A stretch of 64,000 nt of DNA from Fervidicoccaceae archaeon (lineage in GTDB: Archaea; Thermoproteota; Thermoprotei_A; Sulfolobales; Fervidicoccaceae), in NCBI GenBank assembly GCA_039793985.1, contig JBAMMC010000033.1, forward strand, positions 7,186 to 71,185, in the 5' to 3' direction. Below are positions 27,671 to 38,415 of the stretch, piece after piece. The notes below the pieces were generated by a model that did not search any database, was not told where the DNA came from, and saw only the letters and a program-made list of their open reading frames with translations. Made by a program: the position numbers and the translations under genes. Every line of letters begins with the position of its first letter. Positions within the stretch are counted from its first letter, which is position 1.

Positions 27671-28477
27671 GTGGAAGTGTTAGTATTGTCCAGAAGTGAA
27701 AAAATTCTTACTACATTAATGAAGCCTATCTATGTGCTTTATGAAAAGTATTTATGGAGTCAAATAAAGGATGGGAAAAGACCTCAACACATAGCAATTA
27801 TACCGGATGGGAACAGGAGATGGGCGAAGAAGCAAGGATTAGAATATTTCATTGGACATAGAGCAGGCTACGAAAGAGCTCAAGAAGTACTTCAATGGAT
27901 TTGGGATCTTGATATAAGAGCTGCGACCATTTATGTTCTTTCAACCGAAAACTGCCTCAAGCGTAGCGAAGAAGAGAAAGAAAATATTTTTAATCTGTTA
28001 TCAGAAGCCTTTGTCAAATTGAAAACAGATAGGAGAATTTTCGATGCCAAGGTAAAAGTGAGAGTTATTGGAAATTACGACCTTATACCTGATAAAGTGA
28101 AAAAGCTTGCTAGAGAATTAGAGGAAGCGACCTCTAATCACAGCGAAAGAATTCTTAACATAGCTGTCTGCTACGGGGGAAGACATGAGATATTGGAAGC
28201 GATAAAATCGATCGCAATCGACTACAAAAAAGGAAAATTAGAAGTCGAAGAGATTAACGAACAACTTGTCAGCAATTACCTTCTAACAAAAGATTCGCCT
28301 GATCCTGACCTAATAATAAGAACCAGCGGAGAAGAAAGAATTAGCAATTTTCTTCTTTGGCAGAGTGCCTATTCAGAACTCTATTTCACTGATGTTTATT
28401 GGCCGGAGTTCAGAAAGATTGATCTTTGGAGAGCAATTCGTTCGTTTCAGAGAAGAAAAAGAAACTTTGGTTCTTGA
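27671..28477 (+). CDS. uppS: cis-Prenyltransferase (undecaprenyl/dolichyl-type diphosphate synthase)
   Basis: HIAIIPDGNRRWA, IRTSGEERISNFLLWQSAYSELYF and a C-terminal RNFG. Confidence 0.9.
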   Translation: MEVLVLSRSEKILTTLMKPIYVLYEKYLWSQIKDGKRPQHIAIIPDGNRRWAKKQGLEYFIGHRAGYERAQEVLQWIWDLDIRAATIYVLSTENCLKRSEEEKENIFNLLSEAFVKLKTDRRIFDAKVKVRVIGNYDLIPDKVKKLARELEEATSNHSERILNIAVCYGGRHEILEAIKSIAIDYKKGKLEVEEINEQLVSNYLLTKDSPDPDLIIRTSGEERISNFLLWQSAYSELYFTDVYWPEFRKIDLWRAIRSFQRRKRNFGS

Positions 28478-28641
28478 GTGAGCCACCCTGTACTTTTCCA
28501 TTAACGCTTGGTCTATGCTTACGGAAAATTTTTTAATCAACATATTCGCAGAGGAGTTTTAGAGTTTTTCACAACCAATCTTCGCCATAAATAATGGAGT
28601 TTTTCGTATCGAATGTTTTATAAATTATTTGTATAAAAAAT

Positions 28642-30489
28642 CTATAGTTCGAATGGCTTGTTTCTTGATGCTAAGATGGTTAGGAACGACGATGCTATTA
28701 TGATAATAGATAATAATGCTTCAAACACGAGGACAATGGGATCCATGGACTTCGTTGTCGTTGCTGTGCCAGATAGCAATTGAATCCTTTTATCTGGGAA
28801 GACTTGAATCGTCCTCAAATCTATAGAGTATCCGTAGAGCATTACCCCTTCACCTTTCGCCTGAGGCCAGTCTACGTAGTAGCTCTGATATGCATGCTTC
28901 TCCAATTGTTCGAAGGTAAAGATCGTTGGAACTAAGTTTATGATGTACTGCTGTATCTGGTAATACTTCTGATATCTTTGAGTCTGGTTTATTGTCTGAA
29001 GGGCGTCCATTATCATCGAATCAAGTTGCGTATCCATAAGCCACTCGTTCTGCTCCCATGTTCCTAAACTCTTACTAGAATATCTAGCAAGTAGAAGTGG
29101 ACCTATGTCATTTATCACAGGACCGTCAAAGATAGATACTATGTTGGGTGAAGTAGTTAGGTTCGCCATTTCTTGGACAACAGATAACCAAGGTTTCTTT
29201 ACAACGTTAACCGTTATGCCGAGTTGTTGCATGTTAGCCTTAAAGAGGAGTGCAACTTTCTCTTCATCAGGAACTTCTGCCACCCAATGATATTCAATTG
29301 GATATTTATCCAATTGACCATAGTACTTGCTCTGTTTCAGCGACTGGAGTGCCTTCTGGGGATCGTAAGTATAGCAGGTAGCATTGGGGAGAGAACCTGG
29401 GAGGCTTGGAGCTATAGGACCACAGGCCCTTGGACTTCCAGGGAATATCTGGTTTATGACTGTGTTGTAGTCAAATCCCCATGCTAGGGCTTTCCTGACA
29501 TTTATATCGTCCGTTGGTGGAAGCTTGGTATTGAGCATGAGGTAGAAAACATTTCCAGATGGTATGTTGGCAATGCTTATTCCAGTCACGTTTGAGAGGA
29601 AGTCATAGTTTTCTTTTGGCTGCCACTGGTCAGTAATCTCAAGCTCTCTCTTCATCATTAGTGTTCTTATTGTAGAGGGGTCAGTTGTTCCAATAAATAT
29701 GGCTGTGTCTGGAGAATTTGGCTTTAGCCCGGCCCAATATCTATCAAATTTCTGAAGAATTACCTGTGATTCAAGTTGGAAGCTCTTGACCATATATGGT
29801 CCGCTACCAGCGTCGTGAGTGAGAAGCCAGTTTCTCCCATAGTCTCCATATTGTCCATAGTTGTACTGTGTACTATTGTAGATGATGTGTTGCATGACAA
29901 GCTTGCTGTTGAGTACATAGAATCTCGTGAGGGCATCGAGGAATGGACCGTATGGTGATTTGAGCTTGAAAACCACTGTATAATTATCGACAGCCGATAC
30001 ATCATCTATGTATGGGAGGAATAAATATGAGAACCCTTCTTTTATTGTCAACAGCCTTTTCATGCTGAATACTACATCGTTAGCTGTGAGTTCAGTTCCA
30101 TCATGGAACAATATGCCTTTCCTTATGTGAAATGTCCATGTTAATCCATCATTGCTGATGTTCCAGCTTTCAGCAATCCAGGGAATTACCCCTCCTCCAG
30201 GTTTGGGATAGACCAGTGGGTCATAAAGGTTGTTTATTGTGGTGGCACTCGCATAATCATTTCCAACAGCTGGGTCTATGTAATCAGGCCAAGCGAAGGA
30301 AACCCTCAAAACACTTTCCCCAGAGGTCTGGGTTGATGTAGTCACTGTTCCTGGCTGCTGAGTTTGTGTTGTAGTAGACTGCTGAGATGGAGTTTCCTTT
30401 ATGAAAATCATTCCTGCTACCAGAGCGATAATTACAACTGCGAACAATATCCCTAAGGTAGTCTTTGAAGAAGACATCTGCATGCCCAC
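28642..30489 (-). CDS. ABC transporter substrate-binding protein, family 5 (peptide/oligopeptide type), membrane anchored
   Basis: N-terminal TM/signal, a T/Q/S-rich linker (QQSTTTQTQQPGTVTTSTQTS), an SBP_bac_5-like body and a C-terminal TM (IVLVFEALLSIIIIASSFLTILA). Confidence 0.8.
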   Translation of the reverse strand: MGMQMSSSKTTLGILFAVVIIALVAGMIFIKETPSQQSTTTQTQQPGTVTTSTQTSGESVLRVSFAWPDYIDPAVGNDYASATTINNLYDPLVYPKPGGGVIPWIAESWNISNDGLTWTFHIRKGILFHDGTELTANDVVFSMKRLLTIKEGFSYLFLPYIDDVSAVDNYTVVFKLKSPYGPFLDALTRFYVLNSKLVMQHIIYNSTQYNYGQYGDYGRNWLLTHDAGSGPYMVKSFQLESQVILQKFDRYWAGLKPNSPDTAIFIGTTDPSTIRTLMMKRELEITDQWQPKENYDFLSNVTGISIANIPSGNVFYLMLNTKLPPTDDINVRKALAWGFDYNTVINQIFPGSPRACGPIAPSLPGSLPNATCYTYDPQKALQSLKQSKYYGQLDKYPIEYHWVAEVPDEEKVALLFKANMQQLGITVNVVKKPWLSVVQEMANLTTSPNIVSIFDGPVINDIGPLLLARYSSKSLGTWEQNEWLMDTQLDSMIMDALQTINQTQRYQKYYQIQQYIINLVPTIFTFEQLEKHAYQSYYVDWPQAKGEGVMLYGYSIDLRTIQVFPDKRIQLLSGTATTTKSMDPIVLVFEALLSIIIIASSFLTILASRNKPFEL

Positions 30490-30649
30490 CTACTCTAGTT
30501 GGTGCTTTTGAAAAGGGGGCCCATATATTTAAATTTTTTGTTATATTTAGAACAAAAATTTTATATTATTCTAAAAAATTTATAATATAAAAAATTTTTT
30601 AAAGACTTTTCTCCCACTTCTTTTTCAACGACTTACCGGAGGATGAAAC

Positions 30650-32722
30650 TTGTCAAATTTAATCCCTATAAGAATTGGGATAGACATCGGGGGGGCTTTC
30701 ACTGATCTCGTAGCGTACAATGAAGAAACGGGAGAAATCTTCTGGAAAAAAGTTGAGACAACTCCCTCAGATCCCTCACAAGGCGTATTGATTGCTATAG
30801 AAAAAAGTGGTATAGATTTGAGAAGCGCTTATGCTTTCATCCACGGGCAAACGCTTGTTATTAACACTATTTTGACCAGGAGCGGAGCAAAAGTTGGTCT
30901 CATAACCACAAGGGGCTTCAGAGATGTTCTCGAATTACAAAGATCTAACAGGAGAGACATGTATAATTTTCAATATAGAAAGCCCGAACCATTAGTTCCT
31001 AGATATCTCAGAAGAGAAGTTGAAGAAAGAGTATCTAGCGAGGGGCTTGAACTTTTGCCTTTGAACTTAGAAGAGCTTGATAGGGAAGTTGAGTTCCTTC
31101 TGAAGCAGGGAGTGGAATCAATTGCTATATCGTTTTTCAATGCTTACGCCAATCCTTCCCACGAGAAACAAGCAGCTATGAGAATAAGAGATAAGCATCC
31201 AGAGTTGAGCGTGACAGTAGGTCACGAAATAACCAGAGAGTGGAGAGAGTATGAAAGAACTTCGACAGCAGTTTTGAACGCATATGTTAAACCAAAAATG
31301 AAAGCTTACCTTGAAAAGCTGGAAAGAGTGCTCAGAGAAATGGGTTTCTCCGGAACTTGCTTTGGAATGCTGAGCAGTGGAGGGATGGCTACTTTTCGAT
31401 ATATAGAAGACTATCCAATTCATAGTGTGGAATCTGGCCCAGTAGCAGGAGTTATAGGAGCAATCCAGATAGCAAAGCTTGTAGGAGAAAGAAATATCAT
31501 AGCACTCGATGGCGGCAGCACAACTACCAAGGCAAGCCTTGTTGAAGCTCTTACACCAAAAGTCACAACTGAATACTATGTCGAGAGGGATAGGTGGAGG
31601 TCTGGATATCCGATAAGAGTTCCGGTAGTCGAAACTATCGAGGTAGGAAGCGGGGGAACAAGTATAGCCTGGATAGATGAGATCGGTAATCTGAGAGTTG
31701 GTCCTAAGGCAGCAGGGGCCTCACCAGGTCCTGCCTGTTATATGAAAGGAGGAACTGAACCAACGGTGACAGATGCTTATGTTGTAGCCGGAATTCTCAA
31801 CCCAAATCATCTGTTGGCTGGTGAGCTGAAAATAAACAAGGATGCAGCAGTGAAGTCGTTGGAGAAAATATCATCTTTTTATGGTATGTCGCCAGAAGAA
31901 GTTGCTTGGGGAATAATACGGTTAGCTAACGAAAATGCTTCTAGTATAATAAGGATAATAAGTATACAAAAAGGGTACGATCCTAGAGAGTTTTCACTTA
32001 TAGCCTACGGGGGCTCTGGTCCCCTTTTCGCTCCATTCATAGCAAGAGAACTCGAAATGAAGAGCGTAATCGTCCCCTCTGTCCCTCCTGGTGTTTTCTC
32101 CGCATGGGGGCTCCTTGCTACAGATATAAGACATGACGCTCTCAAGACTGATATCATGCCACTCAGAGAAGAAGAAGCTGGAAGGATAGAGGAAAATTTT
32201 GAAGAGCTGGAGACATCATTGGAAAAAATCTTCGTGGGAGAGGGGCTGGGGGAGAGAGAAATAGTATTCGTGAGGTATGCGGATCTCCGTTACTATGGTC
32301 AAGAGCATACGGTGAAAGTTAGGATACCTTTCGAAAGAATAGGGAAAGATGAAATCAACAAAATTAAAGCTATCTTCCATGAAGAGCATAGAAGGGAGTA
32401 CGAGTTTGAACTACCTGACAATCCGATAGAGATTGTGAACTTTCACGTTACAGCATACGCATTAGTGAAAAAAGTTAAGCTAACAGAGGAGCTACAAGAA
32501 AAGTATCGCTCGGTTGACGAAGCAATTACCGGGGAGAGGAGCGTATTCATCGACGGAAAGAGGGAAAAGCTACCAATATATTCTAAGCTCATGATCCCTC
32601 AAGAGACAGAAATCAGGGGTCCCGCTGTAGTAGAAGACCCTACTTCAACTATACTTCTCTTAGAGGGGATGTATCTGAGAAAGGACAAATACGGTAACCT
32701 GATCATGAGGTGGACAAAATGA
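30650..32722 (+). CDS. hyuA: Hydantoinase/oxoprolinase family, A subunit (HyuA-like)
   Basis: IGIDIGGAFTDLV N-terminal ATPase motif; 690 aa; overlaps the B-subunit gene. Confidence 0.85.
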   Translation: MSNLIPIRIGIDIGGAFTDLVAYNEETGEIFWKKVETTPSDPSQGVLIAIEKSGIDLRSAYAFIHGQTLVINTILTRSGAKVGLITTRGFRDVLELQRSNRRDMYNFQYRKPEPLVPRYLRREVEERVSSEGLELLPLNLEELDREVEFLLKQGVESIAISFFNAYANPSHEKQAAMRIRDKHPELSVTVGHEITREWREYERTSTAVLNAYVKPKMKAYLEKLERVLREMGFSGTCFGMLSSGGMATFRYIEDYPIHSVESGPVAGVIGAIQIAKLVGERNIIALDGGSTTTKASLVEALTPKVTTEYYVERDRWRSGYPIRVPVVETIEVGSGGTSIAWIDEIGNLRVGPKAAGASPGPACYMKGGTEPTVTDAYVVAGILNPNHLLAGELKINKDAAVKSLEKISSFYGMSPEEVAWGIIRLANENASSIIRIISIQKGYDPREFSLIAYGGSGPLFAPFIARELEMKSVIVPSVPPGVFSAWGLLATDIRHDALKTDIMPLREEEAGRIEENFEELETSLEKIFVGEGLGEREIVFVRYADLRYYGQEHTVKVRIPFERIGKDEINKIKAIFHEEHRREYEFELPDNPIEIVNFHVTAYALVKKVKLTEELQEKYRSVDEAITGERSVFIDGKREKLPIYSKLMIPQETEIRGPAVVEDPTSTILLLEGMYLRKDKYGNLIMRWTK

Positions 32723-34464
32723 GCAGAGATTTATTCACATTAGAGATACTTAAGAGGAACCTTGTTGTTGCCGCCGAGGAAATGTTTTACGCTTTTGGTA
32801 GAACAGCTATGAGCCCTGTTATATACGAAGTTCTCGATTATGCGGTAGGGATCGCTGATACAAGAGGTGAGCTCATAGCTCAAGCTCCCGGCGTTCCTGG
32901 ATTTTCCGGAGTACTGGATTTCGTGGCAAAAGAGGTACTTCAGAAGTTTGGGGGAGATCTGAAAGAGGGAGATATAATAGCAAGCAACGTGCCATATACT
33001 TCAGGAACTCACCTCAACGATGTCTCATTAGCTATGCCTGTTTTCCATAAAGATGAGCTAGTTGCGATAGTGCTCAATAAGGGACACTGGAGTGAAGTGG
33101 GGGGAATGCATTTCGGGAGCTGGACAAGCGACAGTACTGAAATATACCAAGAGGGGATCCTCCTTCCAGCTATAAAAATATACTCAGAAGGGAAGCCAAA
33201 TAAAGATGTTTTGGATGTGATTCTCACAAACAACAGGCTACCTAGGCTAACGAAGGGAGATATGGAAGCCCAGATCGCAAGCATGAAGGTAGCTGCAAGG
33301 AGAATAAAGACTCTTATTGAAAAGTACGGTCTAGATCTAGTGAAGCTTGCTATGGAGAAAATAATATTTGATGGAGAGAAGGCAGCAAGGCTGCGGTTAA
33401 AGGAGCTTCCAAAGGGAACATTTGAGGCTGAAGATTACATAGATGATGATGGTTTTGGAAACAGCGAAGTATTCGTGAAAGTAAAAGTCATAATCGATGA
33501 TGAAAACTTCGTTGCTGATTTCACTGGGAGCAGCCCCCAGGTGAGGGGATCCATAAATAGTCCCTTGCCTGCGACGGTTTCTGGAGTGAGAGAGACTTAT
33601 ATGGCAGTAACGGATCCTCATGCTGAACCCAATGGGGGCTTTTTCAGACCTGTGAAAGTTATTGCTCCGCAGGGTAGCATTTTCAATCCAATGCCTCCAG
33701 CTCCAACTTCGACATATTGGGAGAGCATGGCATATGCGACGGACCTCGTCTGGAAGGCGCTTGCTCCTCATGTTCCCCAAAGGCTTTCGGCAGGTCACTT
33801 CCTATCGATACTCGCAACTATACTCGGTGGAATAGATGATAGGACAGGTGAACCATACGCTATAGTTGAACCTCAGCCTGGAGGTTGGGGAGGTTGGGAG
33901 GGCAGCGATGGAGAGAGCGGTCTAGTAGCATGTGGTGATGGTGAGACCTACATAGCAAGCAATGAAGTCTATGAAAGGAGGCTACCAGTGAGAGTTGAGA
34001 GATTCGAACTCAATGTGGTCGATGGAACGGGGCACGGAAAGTTTCGCGGTGGTTTCGGGGTGAGAAAGGACTACAGGGTACTATCATCCAAAGCTTACCT
34101 TACACTATCGATAGGCAGGAGCAAATTCCCTCCTTGGGGTGTGAATGGCGGGATGCCGGGGACGCCCAACTACGCAATAATATCCAAAAAAGATGGTACG
34201 GAAATGAAAGTTAGGAGGATAGCAAACTATGAGATGTTGAGGGGCGATGTAGTCAGTATTAGAAGTGGCGGGGGCGGAGGATGGGGAGATCCCCTTGAGA
34301 GAGATCCGAGACTTGTAGCTTGGGATGTCAAGAACGAGTACATTACTCTTCAGCAGGCAAAGGAGATATACGGTGTAGTTATCAGGCCAGATACGCTGGA
34401 AGTGGAATGGAATGAGACTCATGCGTTGAGGGAAGAGCTCAGGAAGAAAAGGGGGAGAAAGTGA
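32710..34464 (+). CDS. hyuB: Hydantoinase/oxoprolinase family, B subunit (HyuB-like)
   Basis: FTLEILKRNLVVAAEEM..SPVIYEVLDYAVGIAD start and a GGGGWGDPLERDP C-terminal motif, both typical of hydantoinase B. Confidence 0.85.
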   Translation: MDKMSRDLFTLEILKRNLVVAAEEMFYAFGRTAMSPVIYEVLDYAVGIADTRGELIAQAPGVPGFSGVLDFVAKEVLQKFGGDLKEGDIIASNVPYTSGTHLNDVSLAMPVFHKDELVAIVLNKGHWSEVGGMHFGSWTSDSTEIYQEGILLPAIKIYSEGKPNKDVLDVILTNNRLPRLTKGDMEAQIASMKVAARRIKTLIEKYGLDLVKLAMEKIIFDGEKAARLRLKELPKGTFEAEDYIDDDGFGNSEVFVKVKVIIDDENFVADFTGSSPQVRGSINSPLPATVSGVRETYMAVTDPHAEPNGGFFRPVKVIAPQGSIFNPMPPAPTSTYWESMAYATDLVWKALAPHVPQRLSAGHFLSILATILGGIDDRTGEPYAIVEPQPGGWGGWEGSDGESGLVACGDGETYIASNEVYERRLPVRVERFELNVVDGTGHGKFRGGFGVRKDYRVLSSKAYLTLSIGRSKFPPWGVNGGMPGTPNYAIISKKDGTEMKVRRIANYEMLRGDVVSIRSGGGGGWGDPLERDPRLVAWDVKNEYITLQQAKEIYGVVIRPDTLEVEWNETHALREELRKKRGRK

Positions 34465-35486
34465 GCTGGGGAAAATATCTGACTAAAAGGATCCTCAGTC
34501 TAGCGTTTGTTCTACTAGGTCTCTCTATACTGATCTTCATTATATCAAGGATACTTCCCGGCGATCCAGCAAGGCTCGCCCTTGGTCCGAGAGCGAGCCA
34601 AGAAGCAGTTGATGCTTTGAGAAAGCAATTGCATTTAGACCAGCCTTATCTCATCCAGTATTTTTATTGGCTTAAGGATGCTGTGACGGGAAAGCTCGGG
34701 CAATCTCTCTATACATACAGAGATGTATCACAGGATATCAGAGAGTTCTTCCCTGCAACGCTAGAATTGGTACTATATGCCGCGATATTTGATGCAATCG
34801 TAGCAATACCATTCGGAGTCCTCGCTGGAAGACATGCCGGAAAAATTGTAGACCATGTAACGAGGGTGTTATCATACATCAGCGTCGCGGTTCCTAGCTT
34901 TGTATTTGCAATATTACTTCAACTTATATTTTCCTATTATTTGAATATGCTGCCAGCTTATGGGAGACTTTCCGATAATATCTCCCCCCCTCCTACGATC
35001 ACCGGTCTCATTACAATAGATTCGTTGATCACCGGAAATTTCTCTGCGTTCTTCGATGCTCTCAAACACTTATTGCTCCCAAGTTTCGCACTAGCATTGG
35101 GCATGATAGGACAGGAAGCTAGGATAACGAGATCCAGCATCTTGGAAAATTCTAAGAAGGAATTCATTGTCAATATGGAGAGCCATGGTATTTCTGAGAG
35201 GAAAATAATGTTCAAGTACCTTCTTAAGCCTAGCCTAATACCTACGATCTCTGTATTCGGACTCGATATCGCTGGAACGCTCGCCAATGCTTTCCTCGTC
35301 GAGACGATTTTCAACTGGCCAGGTTTCTCCAAATATGGAGTTAATGTGATGCTCAGAAAGGATCTCAATGGAATTGTCGGTGTTGTTATGATGGTAGGAC
35401 TCACCTTCGCGGTCATCAATCTCATAGTTGACTTGGTTGTAGCATACCTAGATCCAAGAATCCGCTATTCTGTGGAGGGGAAATGA
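34461..35486 (+). CDS. Peptide ABC transporter permease (DppB/OppB-like)
   Basis: YLTKRILSLAFVLLGLSILIFIISRILPGDPA N-terminus and a BPD-transporter EAA-like region. Confidence 0.9.
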   Translation: MSWGKYLTKRILSLAFVLLGLSILIFIISRILPGDPARLALGPRASQEAVDALRKQLHLDQPYLIQYFYWLKDAVTGKLGQSLYTYRDVSQDIREFFPATLELVLYAAIFDAIVAIPFGVLAGRHAGKIVDHVTRVLSYISVAVPSFVFAILLQLIFSYYLNMLPAYGRLSDNISPPPTITGLITIDSLITGNFSAFFDALKHLLLPSFALALGMIGQEARITRSSILENSKKEFIVNMESHGISERKIMFKYLLKPSLIPTISVFGLDIAGTLANAFLVETIFNWPGFSKYGVNVMLRKDLNGIVGVVMMVGLTFAVINLIVDLVVAYLDPRIRYSVEGK

Positions 35487-35489
35487 AGC

Positions 35490-36377
35490 TTGGGGCTCGA
35501 TGATATCATTTTAGGTAAGATCGGGGCAGAGAGGAGGGAGGAGCTGAGGAGAAGGTGGTATAAGTTCAAAAGCAATCCACTTTCAATGATTGGTCTTGCT
35601 ATCGTTCTTTCGGTAGTTTTCGGGGCCGTATTCGCTCCATATATAATACCATATCCTGAGAGTGTTGGGCTATATATGAATTTTACACAGGCATTTCAGC
35701 CTCCAAGCTTGAATCATCCCTTTGGGACCGATTCGTATGGAAGAGATGTATTCAGCAGGACAATCTACGGGTTCCGGTATAGCCTTCTATTAGCTGCCGT
35801 CGTCCTGAGCATAGTCGTTCTTCCAGGAACTCTGCTTGGAATGATAGCGGGTTATTATAGGGATACCAAAATAGAGGTTGCGATAATGAGACTTACGGAT
35901 ATCTTTCTTGGAGTCCCACCTCTTATATTAGCACTCTCGATCGCCAGTGTCCTTTCTCCCAACTTGATAAACTCCATGATAGCGATAACACTTATGTGGT
36001 GGCCATGGTACACTAGACTTGCCTATAGTTCTACAAGTTCAGTGGTGAACGAACCTTTCATAAAAGCAGCTCAGCTCATAGGGGCAAGCCTTAAACACAT
36101 CCTTTTCAAAGAAATAGCCCCTAATATCATGGGGAGCATTCTCACCAAGATGACGTTAGATGTAGGATGGGTCATCCTCATAGGAGCTAGCTTGAGCTTT
36201 CTGGGACTTGGAGCTCAACCCCCAACTCCGGATCTGGGAACGATGGTTGCTGAGGGGGCGAAATATCTTCCCTACTACTGGTGGGTCACACTTTTCCCAG
36301 CTGGGGCTATCGTTTACATAATATTAGGATTCAACTTGCTAGGTGATGGAATAAGAGATGCGCTTTCCAGTGACTAA
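35490..36377 (+). CDS. Peptide ABC transporter permease (DppC/OppC-like)
   Basis: HPFGTDSYGRDVFSR motif typical of OppC/DppC; six TM segments. Confidence 0.9.
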   Translation: MGLDDIILGKIGAERREELRRRWYKFKSNPLSMIGLAIVLSVVFGAVFAPYIIPYPESVGLYMNFTQAFQPPSLNHPFGTDSYGRDVFSRTIYGFRYSLLLAAVVLSIVVLPGTLLGMIAGYYRDTKIEVAIMRLTDIFLGVPPLILALSIASVLSPNLINSMIAITLMWWPWYTRLAYSSTSSVVNEPFIKAAQLIGASLKHILFKEIAPNIMGSILTKMTLDVGWVILIGASLSFLGLGAQPPTPDLGTMVAEGAKYLPYYWWVTLFPAGAIVYIILGFNLLGDGIRDALSSD

Positions 36378-36387
36378 GGTGAGTTAG

Positions 36388-37377
36388 TTGAATGCCCCTT
36401 TGCTACAAATAAATGGATTGCATGTAGCTTACAAGGTTTATGGTACAAGGCATCATGTCCTCAATGGAATAAGCATCTCTGTAGAAAAGGGAGAGAAAGT
36501 TGGAATAATAGGGGAAAGCGGTTGCGGAAAAACAACTACATTGAAGTCGGTCTTGAGAATCCTTCCCTCGAACGCTCTTATAGAGGGAGGAGAGATCCTG
36601 TACGACTCGAAAAACGTGCTGAAAATGGATGGAAATGAATTGAGGAAACTGAGAAGAACAAAGGTCTCCATGATATTTCAAGATCCCACCGCTGCCCTCA
36701 ACCCAGTTTTCAAAATTGGGGAACAACTTTTCGACATAATTAGAGCAAAATATGAAGACGGAGGTAGAAGTCTTACTAACAAAGAAATAAGAGAAGAGGC
36801 TGAAATGCTCATAAGGCAAGTTATGCTTCCAGAACCAGAAAGGATTTTGAGTAGCTATCCCTTTCAGCTTAGCGGAGGAATGAGACAGAGGGTCATGATT
36901 GCTATGGCTCTCGCTAGTGCGAGCGAACTGCTGCTTGCTGATGAGCCGACTACTAACCTTGATGTAACAATCCAGGACCAAATACTCAGATTAATAGACA
37001 GGATAGTCAACGAGAAGAAGTTGTCTATCGTTCTCGTTTCCCATGCTCTTGGTGCGGTGAGAAAAATGGTCAATAGAGTTTATGTGATGTACGCAGGAAC
37101 TATAGTCGAAGAGGGGAGAACGCGAGATGTATTCGAGAATCCTCTTCATCCATATACAAAAATGCTATTGGCAAGCGCTCCAAAGTTGACCGGCGAAGGT
37201 ATATCAGAGGGGATCCCAGGTAGGATCCCTGATTACAGCTCCCCTCCTCCTGGATGCAGGTTCCATCCGAGATGCCCAAGCGCTACTCCAGCCTGCAGAT
37301 TCAAAGCACCAAAGATGGTCGAAGTGGAGCCAAATCACAGGGTAGCTTGCTATTTATACTCAATGCGCGGTGAATAG
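36388..37377 (+). CDS. Peptide ABC transporter ATP-binding protein (DppD/OppD-like)
   Basis: GESGCGKTT, LSGGMRQR, LLLADEPTTNLD and the C-terminal oligopeptide-type extension HPYTKMLL...CRFHPRCP. Confidence 0.9.
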   Translation: MNAPLLQINGLHVAYKVYGTRHHVLNGISISVEKGEKVGIIGESGCGKTTTLKSVLRILPSNALIEGGEILYDSKNVLKMDGNELRKLRRTKVSMIFQDPTAALNPVFKIGEQLFDIIRAKYEDGGRSLTNKEIREEAEMLIRQVMLPEPERILSSYPFQLSGGMRQRVMIAMALASASELLLADEPTTNLDVTIQDQILRLIDRIVNEKKLSIVLVSHALGAVRKMVNRVYVMYAGTIVEEGRTRDVFENPLHPYTKMLLASAPKLTGEGISEGIPGRIPDYSSPPPGCRFHPRCPSATPACRFKAPKMVEVEPNHRVACYLYSMRGE

Positions 37378-37379
37378 AA

Positions 37380-38357
37380 GTGAGTGAGATTCTCAGGGTA
37401 GAGTTTCTAACAAAACACTTCAGGACCCCAAAAGGAATAGTTCACGCTGTGGACGATATTTCTTTTGACGTCGCAAAAGGAAAGACTCTCGGACTTGTTG
37501 GGGAGAGCGGTTCAGGAAAGAGCACGACTGGACATATGATAGCAGGGATTTATTCGCCCACGAAAGGAAAGATATACTTCGACGGGATTGATATCAGTTT
37601 CGATTATAGAGAGAGACCTCTTTCAATTAAGAAGAAGATAGGTATGGTATTTCAGGATCCTAGTACAAGTCTAAATCCAAAGCAAACGATCGAGGAGATC
37701 ATTTCCCTTCCTTTGAAAGTTCATATGAAAGTGAAGAACTACGAAGAATTGAGGCAGAAGATAAAAGAGCTTCTGGAAAAAGTTCAGCTTCCTTCTGAGT
37801 TCATAAATAGATATCCTAGAGATTTAGGAGGGGGAGAGAGACAACTTGTAGCAATCGCCAGAGCCCTCGCCAGTGAGCCAGAGCTAATAGTACTTGACGA
37901 GCCGACTTCAGCCCTAGATGTAAGCGTTCAGGCGAAGATAATAACGACATTGAAGAAACTCCAGAGGGATTTGGGACTCACCTATGTTTTTATAACGCAT
38001 GACTTGAGCCTGATGAGAAATGTAGCTGACGAAGTCGCGATAATGTATTTGGGAAAAATATATGAGATGGCTGGAGCTGAGAATTTCTTCCGCAATCCAC
38101 TGCACCCCTATACAATGATGTTGCTCTCATCTATTCCTACACTCACGGAAGAGGAAGAGAGACTCAAGCCTAAAGGTATAGAGTCTAGAGGGGAGATACC
38201 AAGTGCTGTAAATCCTCCAAAAGGTTGCCGCTTTCACACAAGATGTCCATTTGCGAAGGAAGAGTGCAGAACAAAGGAACCAAAATTCGAAGATGTTGGT
38301 GGCAGAAAAGTTGCCTGCCACTTCTGGAAAGAAATAAGAGATTCGAGGATCTCCTAG
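37380..38357 (+). CDS. Peptide ABC transporter ATP-binding protein (DppF/OppF-like)
   Basis: GESGSGKST, LGGGERQ, IVLDEPTSALD and the C-terminal HPYTMMLL...CRFHTRCPFA. Confidence 0.9.
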   Translation: MSEILRVEFLTKHFRTPKGIVHAVDDISFDVAKGKTLGLVGESGSGKSTTGHMIAGIYSPTKGKIYFDGIDISFDYRERPLSIKKKIGMVFQDPSTSLNPKQTIEEIISLPLKVHMKVKNYEELRQKIKELLEKVQLPSEFINRYPRDLGGGERQLVAIARALASEPELIVLDEPTSALDVSVQAKIITTLKKLQRDLGLTYVFITHDLSLMRNVADEVAIMYLGKIYEMAGAENFFRNPLHPYTMMLLSSIPTLTEEEERLKPKGIESRGEIPSAVNPPKGCRFHTRCPFAKEECRTKEPKFEDVGGRKVACHFWKEIRDSRIS

Positions 38358-38415
38358 CATCCTTTTAATGGATGTGCTTCTTCCATTTTCAATTTTTGTT
38401 TCACTGGTTGAAATG

